Positions 25,781 to 36,060 of a DNA stretch of 64,000 nt are shown here, in pieces. The stretch is taken from contig OZ360247.1 of the NCBI GenBank assembly GCA_977017645.1, positions 16,864,001 through 16,928,000 of the forward strand, written 5' to 3'. Source of the DNA: Torpedo marmorata (taxonomy: Eukaryota). Numbering within the stretch: the stretch's first letter is position 1; each line of letters opens with the position of its first letter. The position numbers and the translations under genes were made by a program. The notes below the pieces were generated by a model. It made no database searches, had not been told where the DNA came from, and was given only the letters and a program-made list of their open reading frames with translations.

Positions 25781-25989
25781 ATTGGTCTGCCCAGAGCTCT
25801 GCAGCTGCTCCTCCAGTGTGCAGGACACCAGCCCAAGTCCGCTGCTGACTTACCTGCTGGGTTTGGTCCAAAATCAGCACTTATTGTGTGTCAGCTTTGC
25901 TAATGAGTGCCTGAGAGAACTATTTGACTGCAGATCTATCACAGAGAGGAAACAAAGTCATCTTCATTTTGCAGCAGGACAGAACTCGG

Positions 25990-26310
25990 GTCGAGGGAGT
26001 GGACGTGGAGAAGATGTTTCCAGCAGTGGGAGAGTCTAGGACCAGAGGGCGCAGCCTCAGAATAAAAGGACGTCCCTTTAGAACAGAGATGAGGAGAAAT
26101 TTCTTCAGCCAGAGGGTGGTGAATCTGGGGAATTTGACGGCTGTGGAGACCAACCAGGGTTGATAGGTTCTTGATTAGTGAGTGCGTCAAAAGTAATGGG
26201 GAGAAGGCAAGAAAATGGGGTTGAGAGGAAAAGTACATCAGCCATGATTTTAATGGCGGAGCAGACTCGATGGGCTGAATGGCCCAATTCTGCTCCTGCA
26301 TCTTATGGTT
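25990..26310 (+). mobile_element. CR1 LINE 3' end
   Basis: ESRTRGRSLRIKGRPFRTEMRRNFFSQRVVNL plus 3' UTR. Confidence 0.85.
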
Positions 26311-26639
26311 TGGACTTATGCAGGCAACTGGCAAAAGTAAATGTGGATCCACAGAAAGCAGGTCGCATAAAATGGCAGCCAGATGGATCAAGGTATTGGT
26401 TGCATTTAATGTTGACATTAATATTAATATATCAGGCAAATCAAATTTAAAATTTAAATCAAAAATAACAGCAGCTTCCTAATGGGAATCCAGCAGGACC
26501 GTCACTCGAGTCTCGCCCCTGGAACAATCCCGGCTCTCTCCCTGGGATTATGCAGCAATGCCTGTCAAAGTAACCGCGGTGGAGTTGTGCCACGACACCT
26601 TCAGAGAAAGGCCAGAGCTGGGGTCATTCCTGGGGTTGT

Positions 26640-28125
26640 AGAACAGAACATAGAACAGTACAGTCCCTTCAGCCCACAATGTTGTGCCGACCTTTGTAAA
26701 CCTACTCTACAACAATCTAATTTTTCCCTATCTCACACCCATAACACTCTATTTCCTTAAATCCTTGTGCCTATCTAAGAGTCTTTTGAGTGGCCCAAAT
26801 GTACCAGCCTCCACCACCATCCCCAGCAATGCATTCCAGGCACCCACCACTCTCTGAGTAAAAGACTTACCTCTGACATCTCCCCTAAATTTTACACCAC
26901 TCACCATAAACAGATGTCCCCTGTTTGCTATTTTTGCCCCAGTAAAAAGGTTCTCCACCCTATCTAAGCACCTCGTAATCTTATATACCGTATTTGACGG
27001 CATATAGGACCCACTGGCATATAGGACCACCCCTCCCCCCCCCCCATTTTTAGCTTGAGATTTCAGGAAAAATTTGTTTTAGTGTATTTACCTTCATAGC
27101 AGCAACACATCCACCTGCCCGCCGCACACCGAGGCTCAGGCTGCTTCCCCCCCCCCCTCCACCACCGTCCAAATGCTAATTGATTGACAGGCGCACCGGG
27201 ACCCGCGAGGGTGGGAGGGAGATAAGCCAGGACAACGGGCAGGGCCCAGGCCCACCGTCGCGGGGAGCAGATGATCGATCGCTTGCTTTGAGGGGAGCGC
27301 CGGTGATCAGGCTCCACGCTGAGCCATTGTTCGACGCACACGGCTCCCCGAACAGATTGAATGAGGCGCGGGGGCAGGTGGCAGTGAGCGAGCGACATGT
27401 TGAGCTGAGCTTGACAGGCCGCTCGCTCACTGTCACCCGCCCCCGCGCCTCATTCAATTTGCTCGGGGGTTCGTGCTCGTCTAACAAAGCCTGATCATCG
27501 AGGCCCAGCGCTCCCCTCAAAGCACTGTGGGAGAGAGCGAGCGGGAGGGAGAGAGCGAGCGGGCGGGAGGGAGAGAGCGAGCGGGCAGGAGGGAGAGAGC
27601 GGGCGGGCGGGAAGGAAGGAGAGAGTGAGCGGCGGCGGCGACACCGGAAAGCACGGGCCACCCAAGGGAAGGTGGTCCGCGAATCTGCGGGCCCGTTTCT
27701 TGGACAGCCGCAACACCTCCGCGGGCTTCTTGAAGCTGGGTGAGTAGTTTGAGCGCTTTCCTCCTGTCGCCATCTGGCGGCACAAAAATGTCACCTTCGC
27801 GTATAAGACCCGGGGTGGTTTTTAAGGCGATTTTTTGGGAAAAAAGGGGGGGTCTTATATGCTGTCAAATACGGTACATCACTTCACATTTATCCAGATT
27901 GAACTCCACCTGCCACTTCTCTGCCCGGCTCTGCATCCTGTCTATATCCTGTGACAACCTTCTACACCATCCAGAACACCTCCAACCTTCGTGTCATCTG
28001 CAAACTTACTGACCCACCCTCCACTTCTTCATCCAAGTCATTTTTAAAAATCACAAAGAGCAGGGGTCCCAGAACAGATCCCTGCAGAACGGCACTAGTC
28101 ACCGACCTCCAGGCAGAATACATTG
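26640..28125 (-). mobile_element. CR1 LINE pieces flanking a MITE
   Basis: agaacatagaac tail at ~26645; minus-strand FRGDVRGKSFTQRVVGAWNAL; RT-region piece at 27877-28125. Confidence 0.75.
26988..27874. mobile_element. Tc1/mariner-superfamily (Tc2/pogo-like) MITE
   Basis: TIRs CCGTATTTGACGGCATATAGGACCC / GGGTCTTATATGCTGTCAAATACGG, flanked by TA at 26986-87 and 27875-76; CpG-rich interior. Confidence 0.85.
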
Positions 28126-28420
28126 CATCTCCTTCCCTCTAGTTTAGCTAGCAAAAATCCTTTGCACTCATGGTCATGGCCTTTTGACCCTTTTGAAAGT
28201 GAAGATGTAGTTTAGTTACAAAGGGTAACAGTTTCCAGGTTATGATTGACAGCCAGGATGGATTTGAAGTGGAACACTTGGGTTGCTGCACCACAGCTGA
28301 GTGTACAGGAGGTGAGGTTAGATCTATCTGAGGATGCTCTGGTTTACCTGAAGAGCCTCCTTCTGGAAATGGCTCTCCGTTTCCATCAGGGAGGTGTCAA
28401 CCACTTCACCCAGATGTTAG

Positions 28421-28666
28421 GAGTAAAACATCAAAGTCTGCAGACACCGTGGTTGAAGTAAAAACACAAAGCTGGAGAAACTCAGCAGGTCAAACAGTGT
28501 CCTTTATACAGCAAAGATAAAGATACATAACCAACATTTTGGGCTTGAGCCCTTCATCAAGGTATATGAAGGGCTCAAGCCTGAAACGTTGGTTATGTAT
28601 CTTTATCTTTGCTGCATAAAGTACACTGTTTGACCTGCTGAGTTTCTCCAGCATCTTGTTTTTGCT
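28421..28666. mobile_element. Fold-back Penelope terminal-repeat insertion
   Basis: About 100-bp inverted arms centred near 28562; perfect 13-bp TSD ACCCAGATGTTAG at 28408-28420 and 28667-28679. Confidence 0.85.
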
Positions 28667-30769
28667 ACCCAGATGTTAGTCCATATCTGGAGCAAGCTGC
28701 CAGATGAAGCTACAGAATGGGTTCAATGTCTTACAAAGAAAACCTTAACATTTTAATATTTATACTGATAGATATATCTATATGTCATATCTAAGATGAT
28801 GATGCTCCATATTCACCAAGACATCAGGAAATCCCTCCCCTGGTCTTTACTTCGTAGCTTCAGTCCATTTGAGAGGCCACGTGGTGCAATGGTTTCAACG
28901 TCTTATCCCAAGGATAGAACGTCTGATGGTGCAATACTCACTGAGGATTGTACTGGAGAGTGGGTCTGGATTATCCACTCACGTTGCTGGAGTGAAGCTT
29001 GAATCCAGCACCCCAAACACTCATATGAGTCAGCAGTGGGTCACGGATGTTTACATGGATCCCGGGGTTAAGACAACACTCTGGGTCATTGGGATGGTTC
29101 ACCTGTGAGTGCACTAAGGATCAGAGAGAAACCTGTTAATATGAGTAGGCCATTTGGCCCTTTGAATCTCCGCCATTGTTCAGTGATTATCTATTTATTT
29201 ATTTATTTTAATTTTAACAATATTGCACAGCAGAAAGCCCTTCCAGCCCATGTAACCTGTGCTGCCCAATTAACCTACCGACCCCGCACGTTTTGGAGGG
29301 TGGGAGAAAACCCATGCAGTCACGGGGACAAACTCCGGATTCGAACCCGGGTTGCTGTTGTTGTAAGAGCGTTACTGATCCACAATCTCAATACCATGTT
29401 CCCATTATCTCCCTATACCCTTTGGTACTTCAAACTGTGTTGGAGAAATGTCTGGAAGCAGAGATTTAATTCCACTCAACCAGTCCCAGTTAGTGAAGCT
29501 GAAACTCTGGCTCCATGCTTCAGATTAACACCCAGAATATCCACGTAGATGTAGATGACCCTCCCTTTCATTGAATGGACCATTATTCCTTATTTTTCCT
29601 TGAAGAATAAGGAATAATGCTTATTCCTTGAAGAAGGACTCAGGCCCGAAATATCTTTTCTTTTTATGGATGCTGAAAGACCGGCTGAGTTTCTCCAGCA
29701 TTTCAGTGTGTTTTTAGTACAATCACAGTGCCTGCAGACTTTCGTGTTTCACTCATTATTATCCATTAAACATTTCTCCCCCACCAAACCCCCCCTCAGC
29801 ACCTGGGGTAAAGAAGATCCCAGCTGTGGAAAGAAGATGCACATTGGCTTAGCCAGGTGGAGAATATTTGAAGCGTTTCCCCAGGGGTCAAAGTTAAAGC
29901 TACAAAACAATCCTGCCAGTCAGTTAACCAGCAGAGGGTCCTTCCTCAAGGGTCATGGAGACTGAGCGCAATGTGGAGTCGAGGAGGAAGACCATGGTCT
30001 CCATGAGCAGTGGGGTAGATGGGTGCCCTCCTGCCCTCCGGTTGCTTCTGCCCTTTATTCCCTTTTTTAAAAAATATTTTATTTAAAATGTTTAATCACA
30101 CGATAATACATGTTTATAAATTTCAGAAACCCCTTATTCCCTTGAGGAAGTAGATGAAGGTGTGGGGCAGGGCTGCCTGGTACAGGAACCTCCATATCCC
30201 GAACAGGCTGGCAAAGAAGTGGGCACTTATCACAGTCCCAACACACCTCAGATCTTGCAGGAAGTAACACGACACAATGACTGGAATGAAGCAGCAGACT
30301 CGCTGGGAGCCTCTGAACACATTGTAGAATATTAAACTGTCTTCAGTCTCTGCAGATGTCAGTGTTCAATACCAGTTAGTGGTCATTACCTTCTGAGCAC
30401 TGCCTATTGTTTCCATAATGTATATTTATTCTCTCTCCTCTTCTCTCTTGTGTCCTAACCATGGACCTCTTAACGCATTGGTGGTTACACCAAGAGAACC
30501 TGAGCTGGGAGGTGTCCTCATCTCCTCTGCATGTCCCCAGTTGTCACTTGTTACTCTCCCAAAGGCTTTGAGAGGGGGGGGGGGGGGTTGTGACACGAGC
30601 TTCAGCAGAGTCATCTCATTTCCTCACTCTCTCCTCAAAACAATGATTAAAATGTGAACTTGAAGAGTCATCAGTAGTGGTCCCAGTGTCCTGTTCCACC
30701 CTATCTCCACACCCTACCCTCTCCCGACACCACCTCCTCTTCTCATTTGGCTAGCTCACTGCTGCAGTG

Positions 30770-31270
30770 TCAAGTCAAGTTTATTGTCATCTGATTGCAC
30801 AAGTACAACCTGACGAAACAGCGTTCTCCGGTCCTCGGTGCAAAACACGCAGACACACAACCAGACATAACACACATGCAGACAAACAATACATATGCAG
30901 GACAAGTATTCATCTATAAAAATAAATAAATATTGTTTCATGAATATGAGAGTCTCGGATGGTGAGTGTGAGCAGTTCCTTTGGTCGTTCAGCATTCTCA
31001 CTGCCTGTGGGAAGAAGCTGTCCCTCAGCCTGGTGGTGCTGGCTCTGATACTCCTGTATCTCTTTCCCGACGGGAGCAGCTGAAGGATGCTGCACGCGGG
31101 GTGGAAGGGGTCCTCAATGATTTTGCGAGCCCTCTTCAGACAATAATCCTAGTAGATCACGTCGATGTGGGGGTGGGGGGGGGGAGTGGGAGACTCCAGT
31201 GATCCTCTCTCCCACTCTTATGGTCCTGTGGATTGACCTCTGATCCATTTCTCTGTGGCAACCATACCAC
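30770..31270 (-). mobile_element. Rex1/Babar-type LINE 3' end
   Basis: caagtcaagtttattgtcat tail; minus strand LLPSGKRYRSIRASTTRLRDSFFPQAVRMLN. Confidence 0.85.
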
Positions 31271-31477
31271 AATATCACCTGTGATTAGCCCTGAGAACAG
31301 ACAAGGTTTCGCTTTGAGTTTTAAAGGATCTTTGCATTCCAACACCCAAACCCCAGCCGTGCATGTTCGATTCCCCTCAAGGTTTCTGTGTTAAATCTCC
31401 CTAGCTGCAACAGTTAATTTAACATTATTGGGAGCATGCAAACTATTGATTTTCCTGCCTTTGTTCTCCTCTTTCAG

Positions 31478-31561
31478 AGCAATTTGAAGACATCCCACTT
31501 GTTCCAGCTCAGGACCTGTCCAGCATACTGAAGCAAGGCTATCTGGAGAAAAAGCGCAGAG
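31478..31561 (+). CDS. SKAP1: SKAP-family adaptor, internal exon (pre-PH linker and PH strand 1)
   Basis: Polypyrimidine tract + tttcag acceptor, G|gtatgg donor; 84 bp, phase 1-1; encodes (E)QFEDIPLVPAQDLSSILKQGYLEKKRR(D), matching the SKAP AQDL..LKxGYLEK motif. Missed by the ORF track. Confidence 0.9.
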
Positions 31562-32652
31562 GTATGGAGCCAAGAAACATTCCTCCCTTTAATGTCAGCA
31601 CCTCGTGACCTCTTGTGGAATTCCACAAATGCACTCTGACTGACCAGACCAAGAAAGAAGTGGCTGGTTTGTGCCTGTCTGCTCCCCACAGCTCCCAGGT
31701 TACTTCCAGTGAAACTGACGGCAGAAAGGTAAAGGAGAGCCACATGTCAACACTGAGGTTAGGCAGTTTACGGGTGCCCAGTTCTAAAAGGCCATTGTCC
31801 AATGTGTGTGGACGCGGGAGAGAATGAACCTATCCACTCTCCTTCCCAGATCTCAATATTGATAAAAGGTGAGGACATTCAGCCCATCAAACCTATCCCT
31901 CCAATATCTCAAACTCACCCATACTATGGTCCAACCACCCCTTGAGCTCTTCTAATGATTTTGTTTTCACAGTGCCCTATAGTTATTTGTTCCATGTGAC
32001 TGAGTGAAATCATTTCTTCTTGAAAATTGTGTTCAGGAAAGGTGACCTGATAAAATGTCTGAGGTGTTTCTTTTTAATTAGATGTACAGCGCGGTAGTAG
32101 GCCCTTCCGGCCCACGAGGTTCTGCCGCACAAAAACACCAATCAACCTACAATCCCCAAATGTTTTGAAGGGTGGGAGGAAACTGGAGCACCAGCGGTAA
32201 ACCTATGCAGACATGGGGAGAATGTACAAACTCCTTACAGACAGCGCCGGATAATAGTGTTCTTGTGGGGAGGAGGGATCTTAAAGAAGGTAAGAGAGAT
32301 GAAGGCAAGTAATCTCACAGTCAGATAGGGCCTTGGAGAGTTACTGGCTTTGGCACCAGTGCTTGAGCTGAGGGAGTGGGCAAGAGCAAGTAATCAAAGG
32401 TGGAAGTTGCTGAGATCTTGGAGGCGTGTAGGATTTGGAAGAAGGTACTAAGATAGGGATGGGTAATAGGGGATGGAGGGGTTGGAGGATGTTACTGAGA
32501 TTGGTAGGAGCTGGAGGAGGTTACAGGGATAGGGATGTAGTGTCTGAAGGAATAGGAATAGTGGGGGGTGTAGGGGCTGGAGGAAGTTAATAGGGATCAG
32601 GAGGAACATAGGGGCCAGACGTGCTTGCAGAGAAAGGGAGGGGCGTTAGGGC

Positions 32653-33052
32653 CAGAACGTGTGTTAGAGGGGGGCATTAGGGTAACCGGGGGGGTGGGCA
32701 CAGTCCAACACTCATAAACTCGCTCGAGGTGGGGTGCTGGTACCTACCTGCCGAACGAACTTTAACGTCCTCCGTCCCTCCGACGTAGCAGACGAAAGCG
32801 CTGCTTTTATTGCGTGGAGTCACTAGCGTGCGTCAAGCTAGACACTAGTGACGCTTGACGCACGCTAGTGACGCGGGCGGGGGCAGGTGGAGAGTCACTA
32901 GCGTGCGTCAAGCTAGACGCTAGTGACGCTTGACGCACGCTAGTGGCGGGGGCAGGTCTGAATGCGAGCGATGGCCGCGAGTGTATAGGGGGGCACAGCA
33001 GCTCGCTTGGGGGTGCGATGACCGCGAATGTCCCCCCTTGGCGCCGACCCTG
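32653..33052. mobile_element. hAT MITE, copy 1
   Basis: 8-bp TSD GTTAGGGC at 32645-32652 and 33053-33060; right TIR TGGCGCCGACCCTG; homologous to 46765-47147. Confidence 0.85.
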
Positions 33053-33931
33053 GTTAGGGCTGGAGGAAGTTAACAGGGATAGGAACAGGTATGGGAGGTG
33101 GGGGAAGTTAACAGGGATAGGGAGGGGTGTGGGGGCCTGTGGAGGTGATAGGGATTAGGATAGGGTGATACAGAGGCGAGAAGCATTTGACATGAAGGTA
33201 AAGATGTTAGTTTTGAGTTATTGAGGGTGCGAGTGTCAATAAGTGTAAGTGAGTGTGGTAAATACAGGGTAAGTTCTGTTGAAATTGACTGTTCACAGAT
33301 ATAGATTTCTACTGCCTTGTTCCCTGCTGCTCAAATGGATACAGTAATCTGGATTCACTTTCCCTGTACATCATTTATTATTTTGTTTACTTAGGTAAGG
33401 TCCTCTTTATCACTCTCAGCTTCAGAGTTTAATCTGCTCTAATCTTTCCTCATAACTCATCCCCTGTGCACTTGCAATCATTCCTCTTGCATTCTTCTTG
33501 ATCGTTTCCAATGCACACAAGTCCCACTGTGGAGCTTTGTGACTGGAATTCTGGCCAACGTTCCAGGTATAATCTCCAACTCCTCAGTTCATCCTCCGGG
33601 AAAGTGCTTGGATAAATGGGTTCCATCAACCCAAGTATACAATTTAAACGTACATTCAGAAAAATGAAGATAATATCTGGAAACCACTTAAGGACACTAC
33701 AAACACAGCAGCAGTCACCATGTGGAGACGGATCTATATTAAGGAGATAGTGAAGAAGATGCAGAAAAAAGATTTAAGAGGGTGATATTGGAACTGAATA
33801 ATTAAACCTCTCTGGAAGATTGGATGGCTGGTATTCTTTAGAAGAGAGAAAGCTATGTGTGACCTCAGAGTGGACAGTAAGATTATGCAAGGGAGGTCTC
33901 TCCTGCTCTTCACAGAGCTGTTCTGTTAACA

Positions 33932-34286
33932 CAGTGGTTTTCAAACTTTTTCTTTCCACTCACATACCACCTTAAGTAATCCCCATGCCATAAGTGCTCT
34001 GTGATTAGTAAGGGATTACTTAAGGTGGTATGTGAGTAAAAGAAAAAGTTTGAAAACCACTGTTCTAATCGTACCTAATTAACTCGTTATGTGCACGGTT
34101 TCATAACTCCAAAGGAAATGGGCCAAAATGACCATTTTTCTCAAGCAAAATATTTCAATATTTCAGTGGTTCTCAACCTTCCCTTCCCACTCACATACCA
34201 CCTTAAGTAATCCCTTACTAATCACAGAGCACCTATGTCATAGGGATTACTTATGTGAGTGGAAAGAAAAAGTTTGAAAACAACTG
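33932..34286. mobile_element. Double palindromic hAT-Charlie-like MITE
   Basis: Two units with CAGTGGTTYTCAA ... TTGAAAAC(C/A)ACTG ends (33932-34062, 34164-34286), each a near-perfect hairpin; no outer TSD found. Confidence 0.75.
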
Positions 34287-34407
34287 TAAAAGAGGACAGA
34301 TCGTCATAAAACCTCAATTCAGCGCTCTCTCACTTCTGCCCAGCTACAATGCAGCTTCCCACAATACAGTCCCTCTCTGAGTGCAGCACTCTCTCAGTAC
34401 TGCCCCC

Positions 34408-36060
34408 TTTTTTTTGCCTTTTTGGCTGTAAATCAATACTGCCCCTTTATTATTCTTAGTCCAAAAGTTACAGGTACTGCATTAGTCTACAATTCAGGCT
34501 ATTCACACAAAGCATAAGTTCCAAATTGAAACAGGGCTACACGGTTAGCGTAGCGGTTAGCGCAATACTATTACAGCCCCAGCGACCCAGTTTCAAATCC
34601 AGTGCTGTCTGTAAGGAGTTTGTATGTTCTCCCTGTGTCTCTGTGGGTTTCCTTCAGGTGCTCCAGGTTTCTTCCCACCTTTCAAAACGTACGACGGTTG
34701 AAGGTTAATTGGGTGTAATTGAGTGGCACAGGCTCGTGGGCCGGAGGGGCCTGTTATCGTGCTGTATGTCTAACTTTAAGAATGATTATCTCCGTTGATA
34801 CCGTCAAAACTTTGGGGAGAAACTGTTCCCAGAGACCCTCCAAACTGCCTGTGAGCACTGAGTGCTCTTTCTCTAGGAATACATGGGTACTCACAGGTGT
34901 CCTCAGAAGAGGGGCGATTTGTCAGCCCGAGCTGACTGCCCACTACCGGGACCCATACATGGCCATCGTGGCCAGGCCCAGTACCAGACCGACGAGGACA
35001 ACTCTCGACCCACCCTCCCTCCTCCGTACAGGGTGCCCAAAGGTCAGGAGCATGGAGCTGAAATGCAGACAGGACTTGAGGAGCAATCCCTTCAAGCACA
35101 TGAGCAGGGGCTGCACCCTCGCACACTCCATATCTCCGTGAAACACACGGTCTCAACCAAGCCGCTGAAGTGACAGATGGCCGGTGAGTCCATGAATCCA
35201 CTCAACTCGTGACTAGACCCATCGCCTCATGTTTCGGAGGCAAATCATGGATTTCCCCTTCATTTTCACACTCACTGTAATGGTCGATGTGCCGCCGCTC
35301 CCCACCATTGCCTTTGTGCATTCTCCAATCATGATAGTAGGGGACAAGAATCATGACCACATTCTCCTCTTCCATTTATGCGAATGAATTCCTGGCTACA
35401 GGGGTCGTTGACCCAGTGCGACTCCTGTAGGGCCCAGGTCTTTCAGAGGACGGGTCTGGCATAATTTATGAAAAACAAGCAAAATAGACCACTGTATAAA
35501 CTAATAGTCCGCAACAGGAGAGGGCGTCTCATGTTGATTGAAGTTGCGCTAACTCAGTCCTCCTCAGAGCACACCATCCGTATTCCCCACGTGGAAACAA
35601 GAGTCTGAGATGTGAGTTCTTTATCTGGATGATGAGATAGCAGACCAATGAACAGAAATCCTCGGATGTTTCGCGAACTGGTTCCCTGGCAATCCGCCAA
35701 AGCCTCCCGAACTCCTCGAAGGTGAGGCCGAGGCTCCCAGGCCTTTGAGACGCCATCGAAAAGTCATCCACAACCGACCGCCAAGCGATGAACCAGTGGT
35801 GGAGTCACTGATGTTAAACTTTTAACGAGAAAATTAGATGAAAGACAGTAGTTCCGCAGTGGAGTGAATCCACCCTGGCAATCTGCTAGCTAATTGCTCG
35901 AACTGCGTTGTTGGAGACAGCAGAGCTTTACTCACAAGAAGTCTGTCCAAGTACTCCCACACCACACACACACTAAACCTCCTTTCGATTCAAATCCCAT
36001 TACAGCCATTTAAATAATTTATCTTTCTCCCTCTTCCCGGCGGTGCAGACCGTGGCTTCT
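34408..36060 (-). mobile_element. Decayed, internally deleted Tx1-clade element with nested V-SINE
   Basis: Minus strand ETV.FH..MECARVQPLLMCLKGLLLKSCLHFS...LLTFGHPVRR...GLVLGLA resembles the Tx1 ORF2 C-terminus; T-run after cagtactgccccc at the left end; the same repeat motif resumes at ~36060-36130. Confidence 0.65.

Noticed and set aside
27385-27435. GAGCGAGCG / CGCTCGCTCACTG resembling an AAV ITR Rep-binding element
   Set aside because: Short match inside a MITE hairpin; no rep or cap remnants and no T-shaped ITR.
30123-30320. Minus-strand ORF with GIWRFLYQAALPHT
   Set aside because: Short, interrupted by an L1 tail, and no assignable family; possibly a decayed retroelement.
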